Positions 28,451 through 43,900 of a stretch of DNA of 64,000 bases are shown here, piece after piece (positions within the stretch are counted from its first letter, which is position 1; each line of letters opens with the position of its first letter). The position numbers and the translations under genes were made by a program. The notes below the pieces were generated by a model. That model was not told the DNA's origin. It ran no database searches and was given only the letters and a program-made list of their open reading frames with translations. Origin of the DNA: Paragordius varius (Eukaryota > Animalia > Nematomorpha); contig OZ176052.1 in NCBI GenBank assembly GCA_964247055.1, positions 1,302,001 to 1,366,000 on the forward strand, given 5' to 3'.

Positions 28451-30285
28451 TTTATTAGATTTTAAACATAATATGGTTCTACTAATATTGACATCTAGCT
28501 CATTGCCAAATCATATCATTTATTAAAAAATAATTGTTTAAAATTAATTTTACTTAAGTAAAATTTTGTGTATAAACGAATTCGTTCTTTATATGAAATT
28601 TCTTATATCATCTCCTATATCGGATATGAAATTTGGTTAGAGTTTTTTAATTGTTAAACTATAAAATCCTCATCTTAAACTTTCTCGCCTTTTTTTATAC
28701 ATTTTTATAAAACGTATCTTAACATAAATCTATATTATGGGAAAATATAAACTATAAGAAGCTTTCAGGAAACAATTTACCAAAACATAAAATATTTTGA
28801 TTTAATATCATTTTCATAATCGTTTTATGAAGCTCTCCCAATTTTAAACTCTAGAAGTCACAAAATTGTGAAATAATATTATCTTTTATATAATTTTAAA
28901 AATTTGGTTTATTAAGAAAATTGAACTCTGGGATATAATGACCCAAAAGATAAACTAGGGCAACAAATGTGGTGTTAATACGGGCTAAATGTATAAAGTT
29001 TTTTTCAATTTGATCTTTGGCTAGACACTTGCACATACCTCCTATTTTAACACTTCGGTTCAAATTATGAAATCCAAATACCCCAGAATACATTTGAGTT
29101 GTGATTTTTAAAAAACTGCTGGAGGAAACCATCCCAAATTAAATTTATGCTTCTATCCTAATAAAAATTATATAAATATGCCTAAATATCTAAATAAAAT
29201 TTTGTTTTGAAAAAAAGAGTTCTATGTCAAACTACCTCGACTCCATTTTTATTTTAAAATTTTTGCAAAATGTATTTTTGATTTAATTTTAAGGGTAAAA
29301 TTAAAGCTAACTTTTTGTTTAAATTATATATTGATAGAAAGAGAATAAGCGGTTTATTTTGTATAATTTTGTAATTTTACCATTCACATGTCAAGTTGAC
29401 TAAATTTTTACCTTTCGGTTTTAGCTTAAAATAAGTAATATTAAGTATTTTTAAATAAAATTTTTTATATATTTCGTTTTATTAATGTTATATAAGTGCA
29501 AAATTTTGCCATGTTTTAATTCTTCCCATATTTTTTAAAGAATTTTAAAAAGGCCTGGAGCATTAATTTGAATCGAAGGGCTAAAACGAATGTGTTGTAT
29601 CCAAATGTTAAAAAAGTTTATGAAACGTTTATAAAATTGTAAAAATAAATTTAAAATACTAATTTTCTATTATCTCATATGATTCGCAAATATTTTTAGG
29701 CATCCATGCTTTCAGGTCGTTTGCTTGCAGAGGAAAAAGAAGTATAACTTTGCACTCAATTCCAGATACTCCTGCGTATAAATTTTATGATGAGGATAAT
29801 TCTAAGAAATGAACAAAAATATAAGTTTTATGATTATACCGCAAAAGATGACTATAAAGTATTATAAATTAGTTATTTCCAGGTTTTTTGAACATTTTAA
29901 ATTATAATACTCGCACACTCATGGATTTTAGCAAAAATGACAGAGAACCCGGATTGTCTAGATAATTTCCTAATCCGCGTAATTTTTATAAGTAAATATT
30001 TTAAATGATATATGATAATATATATGCATAAAATCTATTAAATAATTAGATTGACGTAATATACTCTTAACAAAATTGAATCTTGAAATTTTATATTGAA
30101 TTATCTAGACAGAAAGCTTATATAAATTAGTTTTTGAATAAAAAGATAAATGGATTTAACAAAAAATTGCTATTTAATCACAAATTTTAACACTCCACAT
30201 TGAATACTAATCTTAGAAGCAAACAATGTAAAAAGAAATGTTAACTTAACATAAAAGCTAAAAATACCAGATTTATCTTTTGTAC

Positions 30286-30309
30286 ATATATATATATATA
30301 TATATATAT
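30286..30309. repeat. (AT)12 microsatellite
   Basis: Direct read of the sequence. Confidence 0.95.
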
Positions 30310-30396
30310 TTATATCTATTCATTTGTTCATTATTTTTATATAATAAAACTTTACATCCATTTTTAAAATAATCTATCTTCATTTATGCTTTAAAC

Positions 30397-30692
30397 CAGG
30401 GATCAAAACAATAGCTTTGCGGGTCCCATTTTTTAGTGAGAAAATTGGGCGGGTGGTATTTGAAATATATGTGCGCATTCAAAATAATTACAATTAAGCA
30501 TAAGCCTGTAAAATATTACAATATAATAATTCTTTATAGTTTTTGCCAATTTAGATTTATTTATAAAAATTGTTTGAAAAATATCAATTTTAATATTTTA
30601 TGAGCATATTTTTGCAAACTATGCCAAAATTTTCGCGGGCCGTACATAAAGTATTGAAGGGGCGCATGGCGCTCGGTTATCTAATACCCCTG
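30397..30692. mobile_element. ~296-bp non-autonomous hAT-like MITE
   Basis: Starts CAGGG, ends CCCCTG, with GC-rich subterminal motifs GCGGGTCC and CGCGGGCCGTACAT. The flanking 8-mers CTTTAAAC / ATTTATAG (5/8 match, central TA) resemble a decayed 8-bp TSD. An inverted diverged fragment lies at ~61,200-61,290. Confidence 0.5.
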
Positions 30693-31565
30693 ATTTATAG
30701 AATTATTGTTTTTTTTAAAAATTAAAAAAACTGCCATATTTCTATTATGGACTGAGGAAGTTTGCAACCATAGGTTCTTAAAATATAAAAGCTTCCTTAC
30801 CTAACTTTTTGCGACAATTATATTTTAAAAAATTTTTTATATTCACAACTTATTCATATTTGTGTATTTTATCTCCGTCAAATTCAATATAAATTAATTA
30901 AAATATAGAAACATAGTTTAATTAACACTTCATTACCTTTTCACTTTTTTGTCCTAGTTTACATTTTGGGGTAGTTTTATATCGCAGAGCTCAATTTATA
31001 AATAAACTACAATTTTGAAAGTTATTTTACATAAATAACAAATATTCTTCTTAAGTATTAGATAAAAACCCTATATTTTATACAATTTGTGACTAACAAA
31101 GCCTAAAATTGTGAAAGCTCCCAAACACGATTGAAATGAACAGCTGTTATAAATATCAAAATATATTTAGTTTTGGTAAAATGTAGACTGAAGCTTTTTC
31201 AGTTAATTATTTACAAATTTTAACCATAATATACAATTAACCAGTTGCATTAGCTATTTAAAATAATATTGAAAAAAATGGCGGGTTAAGTTTGAAATGA
31301 GAATGTTTATATAATTTTACATTTTTAAAAATTTTTTTTTGTATAATGTGTCTAAAAATCTAAAGAACGAATTTTTAAATTCGGTACCTATTCCTTTTAA
31401 GATATTTAAATTTCAAATGGCACTATTTTTATATATAACTACTCCAAAAGGTAATGGAGTGTTAATATTACTACACATATCACGTTTTTTATTTAAAGAG
31501 GCTTCAATAGTTTTTTTCTCGTTTTGTATATATGCTAGATTCTATTAAAGAGTGTTGTAATTATG

Positions 31566-32001
31566 TTATTTGCTCATGGGTGTTATTGAACATTTAAAGG
31601 TGGTCTTTTAACTATTTTGTTTTGTTTTAACTTTTATCAATCAAATCCTATATCATTATTTTTTCATAAACTATTTTTTATATTTAATATAATCAATCAA
31701 TAATCAACTTTTAATCATTAAGAAACCGTATATCTTCATTAAATTCTTAAATTATTATAGATATTTATATAATTTAAATACGTAATTTGAAAAAAATATA
31801 AGTTATTTAGGTTATTATTTACATTTTCTCATTAAATTATATAATAATGTATTAAATTGGTAGGTTTTTAAATAAAAAAAAAATAGGTTAAAAATAAATG
31901 TAAAAACTATGGTTAAATCAAAACTTATAGGTAAAAACTAAATATAGTGTTTAAGGATGGCACTTATAAAATGTTCAAGGAGCGACTTAAAGTGTAAATG
32001 A
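31566..32001 (-). mobile_element. Foldback/MITE family, diverged copy inverted relative to 53,546-54,138
   Basis: Collinear with the reverse complement of 53,546-54,138 (TTTTAACTTTTATCAATCAAATC, AGAAACCGTATATCTT, ATGGTTAAATCAAAA). The right end AGTGTAAATGA is followed by TATA. Confidence 0.75.
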
Positions 32002-32229
32002 TATATATTTAACATCTTATACAAACAATTATTTTAGATATATCGATATATTTTACTGTTAAAAAATATTTTTTTCGGGATTAAATATATTGCCAAAAAA
32101 TAAAACCATTATTTATATATTTTTATTAGAAAAAAAAACATCTTATAAACATCGTTTAATTGGGAAATGTAAAAATCTTGACAATTTAACGAATTTATAA
32201 ATAAGATTAAATTTTATTAAATGTTTTTT

Positions 32230-33380
32230 AATTAATTATATTAGAGTCACCATCCAAAAATTTGCCCTATTTTTTGGCTAGAAACAAATTTATTTCACTT
32301 CCCATCAGTTTATTTTAAAAAAATGTTCAATTCACGCAATATCACACAAATTGGAAATATACAAGGCGATATTTGGGTAATTTTTAAATATTTTTTCTAA
32401 GGTTGAAATGATTCTTTACCAAAAGGACTTTGGGTTAAAACCATATCTTATCTATATAATAACTTTATAAAAAATTTAACCATATATTGTAATTTAATGC
32501 ATTGGAATTGGATAAAGATGTTGTTAAAGATAATTTTCTCAATATATGTCCGAAGGATTTACACACAATAATGAATATTGCCAAAAATTGACATTTGGGA
32601 ATTTGGGTTCAAGAGTTAATTCAATTTTTTATAGCAATTCTAGTTTTATATATATGTATTACATTTTTTATAATTTATTTATATATTGTTTATTATTAAA
32701 TATGTAACATATAACTTGAAAATTAAATTTAGAAAAGCATGTTTAGATATATCTGCAACATTGAAAATTGATTTTAGAAGTTTAAAAAATATGATGTAAA
32801 AATCATATCACAAAATTATTACATTACCAATTTATGCATAAGGATTCAATTAATTTTAAATTTATACTAGATTGACCACCCAAAAATTTGCACTATTTTG
32901 TGGCTTGAAACAAATGCTGCCCATCAGATTCTCATGAAAAATTTATATACACACGCAATATCACACAAATAGAAAATATGCAAGGCGATATTTGGGTAAT
33001 TATTGATTTTGTAATTTTCCTATCTCTTTTTATATAGAAATGATTTTTTGCCAAAAGTTTTTACCACTAACATTAGTGTATAAAAGTTATTTCAATTATT
33101 TAATTTTAAATTATATAAAATTAATACAATGTTTATTTTAGGGCAAAACTTTTATTTTCTAAATAACCATATATAGTATCATAACGTATAGGAATTCGAT
33201 AAAGGGGTTAAAGATTAATGTCAATATGTTTGAAATTTACAGTGCAAACTCAAGTCAAAAATATTGCCAAAAAATTGACATTAAGGGAATTTGGTTCCAA
33301 GAATTAACGCAAATTTTATATGACAAATGATTTTAGTTTTATAATGTGTTACATTTTTTATAATTTATTTTTATATATCA
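32230..33380 (+). repeat. Diverged tandem duplication (~620-630 bp offset; ~32,230-32,700 vs ~32,860-33,380)
   Basis: Shared blocks CCAAAAATTTGC, GAAACAAAT, CACGCAATATCACACAAAT, CAAGGCGATATTTGGGTAATT, AATATTGCCAAAAA, TTACATTTTTTATAATTTATTT. Confidence 0.85.
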
Positions 33381-34979
33381 TTTAAATACCATCAAAATAT
33401 TGTAATAATGCATCAATACAAATAATTTATCGCATCGTATATTATTATAATACAAAAGTAATAAATTGGATCAAGAATAATAATTATTTTTTATTGTTTC
33501 GGTTTAATTTCCGTAGTTAACATGTTGATTTTGACCGTTATTTCGCTGTATATGAGAAGATCATTGTGGAGTTTAAGACTTCCTACTCTTTTTGCTGTAT
33601 TTGGGATTCCTCACGTTTGCCAGATTAATGTTACAACATGCCAATAAATATATTAACTTCTTTTAATTTTAATTTTTCTAACCATTGAATCTACATAACC
33701 GTTTGTAATCTATTAGAGACATAATAAAATATGACATAGTTTTAATATTATGGGATATATTGTAGGTTTTATTTGGTGATATTCTGATTTTATAACCTCC
33801 AATAGAATAAATTTATATTAATCGTATCGTATACAATGGGCTAGTTTTTATTAAAATGAAGTAGAAACAGGGTTTTTATTAACAAAAACAAATTAAAAAC
33901 TAAATTTAACTTTAGTTTTAAATGAAACAATTATATGTAAATTATCTTATATGTTAACTTGAGTTTGCAAAAGTTTCATAGTTTCTTCCAGGGCTTTGAT
34001 TTCTTGAGGCAAACTTACAATGTTTGAGTTGAGTTTTGCATTATCTTTGGGGGCTATTTCAAACTGTTTTCCACCCTAATCCAATTGAGCAATTAATTCT
34101 ATTAAATTAAAATGGAATATTTTTACATATAAATTGACATAAGAAATATAAATAGATATATGTCATATTTATTCAGTTTTAAGACTTTTTGATTAATATA
34201 ATATTTGACTACGCTAAATTTGTAATTAGATAAATTTTATGCCTTTAAATACTTAAGGATCAAAATTTTTTCAATATTTTGCTTTAACAAATTAATTTAA
34301 AAAACTTACATAATTTTACCTTATATTTTGATACTTTTTTTCGACTCCTTGGTCAATGTTAATTTGTTGATTTACTGTTTGCTAAGTTTTCACGCGATCT
34401 AAAAAATTTTAATTAGATATAAAAAGACATAATTATAATAATACTGTAAACATCCCTAGTATTGACTATAATGTAAATATATATTTCATTAATACCTAAT
34501 AGGTATTTAGGCAAAAAAAGATATATTTTTTTCATAGATAAAGTATCCATTATAACCAATAATGCTTTCATTATAAAAGTTTCCTGATAATGCGTATCAT
34601 CATGCCTGACTTAAACCTTTACTAATAAAAAATTAATAGCCTATTCGTATATTTTTTAAGCCAAAAAAACAATATTGATAGTGCATTAAATTGTTTACGT
34701 ACATTTCTAATTTTTAGAGGCGTCAAAATTTATAACACTATTCATCTCATTCAGAAGTTCATATTCTGTGTGTCAATATTCTTATCGCGTTTAAATTAAT
34801 TTAAATCAAACAGTAACATCATGATTAAAAAGACAACAACGGTAAAAGCCTAATATTTTCTTTATATAACGATTTATTATTTTTAACCAACCTATATGAT
34901 AACACTGTAAAAATATAATTGAATGTTTGACCAAATTATATCGCTATCCTATTTGTTTAAATAATCGGTTATTTTAAAT

Positions 34980-37900
34980 CATTACCAGTCAACACCTATA
35001 GTTGCCTAAAGGATTTCAAAAATTATTCCAATCATCATCTAGTCAACAGCAATGATCTTTTACTTTTTTAAATTTTCAAAAAATATACTATATTATACAT
35101 TATATAAGAATATCAATCTCAACCAGTCAAACCTATAAAACTTAGTTGTCTAAAATTTTAAAATTATATTTTGTAACTTCAATTTAAAATGAACAATAAT
35201 CCTATACCAACCAGTTAAGACATAAAATATTAAATAACTAATCCAATCTATATATTATAATTTGCTTTTAATTAGGAATATGGAATAATAATCCAATCAT
35301 CCACCAGACACCTAAAATTTTATGTTGCTTGTTCAAGAATTTAAAAGTTAAATTATAATATACCTCTAATTAGGAGTTTTGAACCATGATTTAATCATCA
35401 ACCAAACACCTAAAATAATAACCTACTTGTCCAAGAATCTAAATATTGTATTATAATATACCTTTGATCTAGAATATCGAAAAATAATCCAATAATTGAC
35501 ACTTTACTACCTAAATTAACCTGTCAAAAATTTCAAAAAGTATACTATTATATCAGTCAACACCTAACTAGTCTAAAAAAATTAAATTTATATTATAATC
35601 CTTATGTAGGAATATCGAACAATATTTTAACCGACCAGGACACCTATATAATCTTTGTTGAGGAATCAGAAAATTAATAATTAAGATCGATCAATATATT
35701 TCAATCATTTGTCTAAAATTTCAAAAATTATATTATAATATACTTTTAAATAGGAATATCGAACATTATTACAATCAACCAGTCAACACCTCTAATATTA
35801 ACTTATTTTTCAAAAATTATATTATAACTTTTTGTTAGGAATTTCGATATTCCAATCTCCACCAGTCAACACCTATAATAACTTAGTTATCTAAAATATC
35901 AAAAATTAAATTATAATATACTTTTAATTAGGAATATCGAACATTATTCCAATCAACCAGTCAACACCTTATATATTAACTTGTCAAAAAAATCAAAAAT
36001 TATATTATAATATGCTTTTTGATAAAATATCGATTTCCAATATCCACAGTCAACACCTATAATAACTTAGTTTCCTAAAATTTCAAAAATATTTTAATAC
36101 ACTTTAGATTGGGAATATTGAACAATATTCCATTCAACCAGTCAACACCTATATTATTAACTTATTTGTCAAAAATTTTAAAAATTATATTATAATATGC
36201 TTTTTATGAATATCGATATTCCATTCTCAACCAGTCAACACCTACAATACCATAGTTGCCTAAATTTTTAAAAATTATCCGGTTAATCAACACCAATGAT
36301 ATCTTACTTCTTCTAAATTTACAGAAAACATATTATATTATACTTTAAGAATATCGAACAATAGTTCAATCCAACCAGTCAACACCTATAATAACTTAGT
36401 TGTCCAAAATTTTAAAAATTATATCATAATATTTATTCAGAAATGAACAATAATCCAATCACCAACTAGTTAAGACATAAAATATTACTTACTAGTCCAA
36501 TCTAAAATTATATTATAATTTACATTTAATTAGGAATATGGAATAATAATCATTCATACACCGGGTAACACCTAAAATATTGATTTGCTTGTTCAAGAAT
36601 CTAAAAATTATATTATAATATACCTCTAATTAAGAGTTTCGAACCATGATCTAATCACCCACCACTAAAACCTAGTTCTCCAAGAATCTAAATATTAGAT
36701 TATCATATACCTTTAATCTAGAATATCGAACAATAATCCATCCACCATTCACCTAATATAACTTACTTGCAAAAATTTTACTATGATATCAGTCAACACC
36801 TAAAATCTTAAATTACTCTAAAAAAATTTATATTATAATATCCTAATTAGGAATATCGTATAATACTCCAACCCAGTCAACACCTATGTTTTTGTCTGTT
36901 TGCCCAGGATTTATAAAATTAATAATTAAGAATGATCAATCCAATCACTTGTTTAAAACTTCAAAAAAATTTATTATATAATACTTTTAATTAGGAATAT
37001 AGAACAATATTTCAACCAGTCAACACCTCTATTAACTTACTTGTTAAAAATTTCAAATATTATAATATAATATGCTTTTTGTTAGGAATTTTGATATTAA
37101 CCCGTCAACACCCATAATAACTTATTACTTAAAATTTTAAAAATTATAATATAATTTGAATGAGGAATATAGAACATTATTCCAGTCAACAGCTCTAATA
37201 TTAACCTGTCGAAAATCTCAAAAATTATATTATAATATGCTTTTTGTTAGGAATTTCGATATTCCAATCTCAACCCGTCAGCTCCCATAATAACTTAGTT
37301 GCCTAAAATTTTAAAAATTATATTTTAATATACTTTTAAATGAGCGACAGTCAACACCTATAATTACTTTTCTAAACTGTCAAAAAATATATTATATTAT
37401 ACTTTATTTAAGGTATATCGACAATATTTCAATCTCAACCAGTCAACACCTATAATAACTTAGTTGTCCAAAATTTTAAAAATTATACTATAATATAACT
37501 TGATTTAGGAATGAACAATAATCCTTAAACAACCAATTTAGACATCTTACTTGTCCAATCTAAAAATTATATTATAATTTAGTTTTAATTAGGAATATGG
37601 ATCAATAATCCAATCATCCACCGGTTAACACCTAAAATATTAAGTTGCTTGTCCAATAATCCAAAAAATATATTATATTATACCTTTGATTCGGAATATC
37701 AAACAATAATCCAATCATCAACCTGCAATACCTAAAATTGTACTGTATTTATCCAAGAATCTACAAATTAAATTATCAAATACCTTTAATCTAGAATATC
37801 GAGCAATAATCCAACAATCCACCATTTTCGTCCTAAAATACCTTATTTGTCAAAAATCTAAGAAATTATACTATGATATCAGTCAACACCTAAAATTTAA

Positions 37901-40900
37901 ATATTTGTCTAAAATAATTTATATTTTATTATCTTAATAGGAATATCGAATGTTCCAACCGCCCAGTCAACACCTATAGTTTTATGTTTGTTGAGGAGTC
38001 ATAAAATTAATAATTAAGATCGATCAATATATTCCAATCACTTTTCTAAAACTTTAAAATTATATTATTATATGCTTTTTATTAGGATCCAACATTCCAA
38101 CCGACCAGTCAACACCTTCAATATTAATAATTGTCAAAAAATAAAATCATATGCTTTTTGTTGATAATTTCGATATTCCAATCTGAACCAGTCAACACCT
38201 ATAATAACTTAGGTGAAATTTCAAAAATTATATTATATAATACTTTTAATTAGGAATATTGAACATTATTCCCATTATCAATCAGTCAACACCAAAGACC
38301 TATAATATTACTAAACTTTCAAATAATATAATATATTATACTTTATTTAAGAATATCGAACAATATTTCAATCATCAACCAGTCAACACCTATAATAACT
38401 TAATTCAAATTTTCAAAAAAATACTATAATATAACTTTATTTTGGAATCAACAATCCAATCAACAACCAGTTAAGACATATATTAACATACTTGTCCAAT
38501 CTAAAAATTATATTATTTACTTTTAATTAAGGAATATGGAACATTAATCCAATCATCCACCAGTTAACACCTGAATATTAAGTTCCTTGTCTAAGAATCT
38601 ACAAATTAGATTATCATATACCTTTAATCTAGAATATCGAACAATAATCCAACAATCCACCATTTTCGTCCTAAAATACCTTACTTGTCAAAAATCAAAA
38701 TTATCCTATAATATCAGTCAACACCTAAAATTTAAATCTATTTGTCTAAAAAATTTATATTATTATATCTTAATTAGGAATATCGAATAATATTCCAACA
38801 ATCCAGTCAACACCTATAATTCTATGTTTGTTGAGGAATCATAAAATTAATAATTAAGATCGATCAATATATTCCAATCACTTTTCTAAAACCTCCAAAT
38901 TATATTATTTTACGCATTTATTAGAATCGAACAATATTCTAACTGACCAGTCAACACCTTTAATATTAATTTGTTAGGAATTTCGATATTCCAATTTCAA
39001 CCAGTCAATACCTATAATAACATAGGTAAAATATCAAAAAATATATTATATAATGCTTTTAATTAGGAATATCGAAAACTATTTCAATTATCAACCAGTC
39101 AACACCAAAGACCTCTAACATTTCTAAACTTTCAAATAATATAATATATTATACTTTATTTAAGAATATCGAACAATATAATATCATCAACCAGTCAACA
39201 CCTATAATAACTTAATTCAAATTTTCAAAAATAATACTATAATATAACTTTATTTTGGAATCAACAATCCAATCAACAACCAGTTAAGACATATATTAAC
39301 ATACTTGTTCAATCTAAAAATATATTATTATTTACTTTTAATTAGGGAATATGGAACATTAATCCAATCATCCACCAGTTAACACCTAAATTATTAAGTT
39401 ACTTGTCTAAGAATCTACAAATTAGATTATCATATACCTTTAATCTAGAATATCGAACAATAATCCAACAATCCACCATTTTCGTCCTAAAATACCTTAC
39501 TTGTCAAAAATCTCAAAAATTATACTATGATATCACTCAACATCTAAAATCTTAAATTATTTGTCTAAAAAATTTATATTATAATATCTTAATTAGGAAT
39601 ATCGAAAAACATTCCAACAGTCCAGTCAACACCTATAATTTTATGTTTGTTGAGGAATCATAAAATTAATAATTAAGATCGATCAATATATTCCAATCAC
39701 TTTTCTAAAACTTGAAAATTATATTATTATACGCATTTATTAGAATGGAACAATATTCTAACTGACCAGTCAACACCTTTAATATTAATAAATGTCAAAA
39801 ATTTTAAAAATCATAATATGCTTTTTGTTAAAAATTTCGATATTCCAATCTCAACCAGTCAACACCAAAGACCTCTAACATTTTTAAACTTTCAAATAAT
39901 ATAATATATTATACTTTATTTAAGAATATCGAACAATATAATCATCAACCAGTCAACACCTATAATAACTTAGTTCAAATTTTCAAAAATAATACTATAA
40001 TATAACTTTATTTAGGAATCAACAATCCAATCAACAACCTGTTAAGACATATATTAACATACTTGTGCAATCTAAAAATTATATTATTATTTACTTTTAA
40101 TTAGGGAATATTGAAAATTAATCCAATCATCCACCAGTTAAGACATATATTAACATACTTGTCCAATCTAAAAATTATATTATTATTTACTTTTAATTAG
40201 TGAATATGGAGAATTAATCCAATCATCCACCAATAACACCTAAATATTAAGTTGCTTGTCTAAGAATCTACAAATTAGAATATCATATACTTTTAATCTA
40301 GAATATCGAGCAATAATCCAATAATCCACCATTTACGTCCTAAAATAACTTACTTGTCAAAAATCTCAAAAATTATACTATAATATCAGTCAACACCTAA
40401 AATTTAACCTATTTGTCTAAAAAAATTTATATTTTAATATATTAATTAGGAATATCAAATTATATTCCAACCGACCAGTCAACACCTTAACCTGTTTGTC
40501 GAAGAATTATAAAATTAATAATTAAGTTGGATTAATATAAGAATCACTTGTCTAAAACTTTTAATAGTTATTATATAATACGCTTAATTAATATCGAACA
40601 ATATTCTAACCGACCAGTCAACACCTTTAATATTAAAGTTGTCAAAATTTTCAAAAATTATATGCTTTTTGTTAATCATTTCGATATCCAATCTCAACCA
40701 GTCAACACCTATATAAACTTAGTGAAATTTCAAAAATTATATTATATAATACTTTTAATTGGGAATATCGAACATTTTTCCAATTATCAACCAGTCAACA
40801 CCAAAGACCTCTAACATTTCCAAACTTTCAAATAATATAATATATTATACTTTATTTAGGAATATCGAACAATATAATCATCAACCAGTCAACACCTATA

Positions 40901-43900
40901 ATAATTTAGTTCAAATTTTCAAAAATAATACTATAATATAACTTTAATTAGGAATCAACAATCCAATCAACAACCAATTAAGACATATATTAACATACTT
41001 GTCCAATCTAAAAATTATATTATTATTTACTTTTAATTAGGGAATATGGAACATTCATCCAATCATCCACCAGTTACCTAAATTATTAAGTTGCTTGTCT
41101 AAGATCTACAAATTAGATTATCATATACCTTTAATCTAGAATATCGAGCAATAATCCAATAATCCACCATTTACGTCCTAAAATAACTTACTTGTCATAA
41201 ATCTCAAAAATTATACTATAATATCAGTCAACACCTAAAATATAAACTTATTTGTCAAAAAATTTTATATTTAAATATAATAATTAGGAATATCGAATAA
41301 TATTCCAATAGTCCAGTCAACACCTATAATTCTATGTTTGTTGAGGATTCATAAAATTAATAATTAATAACGATCAATATTTCCAATCACTTTTCTAAAA
41401 CTTCAAAATTATATTATTATACGCATTTTATTAGAATCGGAAAATATTCTAACTGACGAGTCAACACCTTTAATATAAATAAATGTCAAAATTTTAAAAA
41501 TTATAATATGCTTTTTGTTAGGAATTTCGATATTCCAATCTCAACCAGTCAACACCTATAATAACTTAGGTAAAATTTCAAAAAATATATTATATAATAC
41601 TTTTAGGGATATCGAACATTATTCCAATTATCCACCAGTCAACACCAAAGACCTCTAACATTTCTAACCTTTAAATAATATAATATATTATACTTTATTT
41701 AAGAATATCGAACATTATAATCATCAACCAGTCAACACCTATAATAACTTATTTGTCCAAAATTTTAAAAGTAATACTATAACATAACTTTATTTAGGAG
41801 TCAACGATCCAATCAATACCCAGTTAAGACATATATTAACATACTTGTCCAATCTAAAAATTATATTATTATTTACTTTTAATTAGGGATTATTGAACAT
41901 TAATCCAATCATCCACCAGAAAACACCGGAATTATTAAGTTGCTTGTCTAAAAATCTACAAATTAGATTATCATATACCTTTAATCTAGAAAATCGAACA
42001 ATAATCCAACAATCCACCATTTTCGTCCTAAAATACCTTACTTGTCAAAAATCTCAAAAATTATACTATGGTATCACTCAACATCTAAAATCTTAAATTA
42101 TTTGTCTAAAAAATTTATATTATAATACTTTAATTAAGAATATCGAATAATTTTCCAACAGTCCAGTCAACACCTATAATTTAATGTTTGTTGAGGAATC
42201 ATAAAATTAATAATTAAGATCGATCAATATATTCCAATCACTTTTCTAAAACTTGAAAATTATATTATTATACGCATTTATTAGAATGGAACAATATTTT
42301 AACTGACCAGTCAACACCTTTAATATTAATAAATGTCAAAAATTTCAAAAATCATAATATGCTTTTTGTTAGAATTTCGATATTCCAATCTCAACCAGTG
42401 AACACTTATAATAACTTAGGTAAAATTTTAAAAAATATATTATACAATACTTTTAATTAGGAATATCGAACATTATTCCAATTATCAACCAGTCAACACC
42501 AAAGACCTCTAACATTTCAAAACTTTCAAATAATATAATATATTTTACTTTATTTAAGAATATTGACAATATAATCATCAACCAGTCAACACCTATTATA
42601 ACTTAGTTCAAATTTTCAAAAATAATACTATAAAATAACTTTATTTAGGAATCAACAATCCAATCAACAACCAGTTAAGACATATATTACATACTTGTCC
42701 AATCTAAAATTATATTATTATTTACTTTTAATTAGGGAATATGGAACATTCATCCAATCATCCACCAGTTAAGACCTGAATTAATAAGTTACCCATCTAA
42801 GAATCTACAAATTAGATTATCATATACCTTTAATCTAGAATATCGAACAATAATCCAACAATCCACCATTTACGTCCTAAAATAACTTACTTGTCAAAAA
42901 TCTCAAAAATTATACTATAATATCAGTCAACACCTAAAATTTAAACTTATTTGTCTAAACAATTTATATAATATATTAATTAGGGATATCAATATTCCAA
43001 CTGACCAGTCAACACCTATAATATTAACCTGTTTGTCGAAGAATTAAAAATAAGAATTAAGTTGGATTAATATAAGAATCCCTTGTCTAAAACTTTAAAC
43101 ATATTATATAATACTCTTAATTAAGAATATCGAACTATATTCCATTAACCAGTCAACACCTATTATATACTTACTAAAAATTTCAAAAATTATATAATTA
43201 TATGCTTTTTTTAGTATTGAACAATATTTCAACCGACCAGTCAACACCTTAATATTTGTAATTGTCAAAAATTTCAAAAATTATATTATGCTATGCTTTT
43301 TGTTAGGAATATCGCAATTCCAATCTCAACCAGTCAACACCTATAATAACTAAGGTTAAATTATAAAAATTATATTATATAATACTTTAAATTAGGAAAT
43401 AGAACATTATTCCAATTATTAACCAGTCAACACCAATGATCTCTTAAATTTCTAAACTTTCAAAAAATATAATATATTATACTTTATTTAAGAATATTGA
43501 ACAATATAATCATCAACCAGTCAACACCTATAATAACTTAGTTCAAATTTTCAAAAATAATACTATAATATAACTTTTAGGAATCAACAATCCAATCAAC
43601 AACCAGTTAAGACATATATTAACATACTTGTCCAATCTAAAAATTATATTATTATTTACTTTTAATTAGGGAATATGAAACATTAATCCAATCATCCACC
43701 AGTTAACACCTAAATTATTAAGTTGCTTGTCTAAGAATCTACAAATTAGATTATCATATACCTTTAATCTAGAATATCGAGCAATAATCCAATAATCCAC
43801 CATCTAAGTCCTAAAATAACTTACTTGTCAAAAATCTCAAAAATTATATTATAATATCAGTCAAAACCTAAAATTTTAACCTATTTGTTAAAATTAATTT

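Noticed and set aside
29700-29812. Possible terminal exon GIHAFRSFACRGKRSITLHSIPDTPAYKFYDEDNSKK*
   Set aside because: It has a plausible acceptor and higher GC, but no partner exons or recognisable homology, so support is insufficient.
26843-31548. Short ORFs 26843-27043, 27853-28083, 28896-29132, 31339-31548 as genes
   Set aside because: Composition is typical of random AT-rich DNA (I/L/F/N/K-rich) with no recognisable motif. The 27853-28083 ORF may be part of the decayed flank gene but is not intact in copy B.
38587-42096. ORFs 38587-38790, 40548-40814, 40759-40941, 41893-42096
   Set aside because: Chance open frames in HOR satellite with non-ATG starts. The equivalent frames are broken in other HOR copies.
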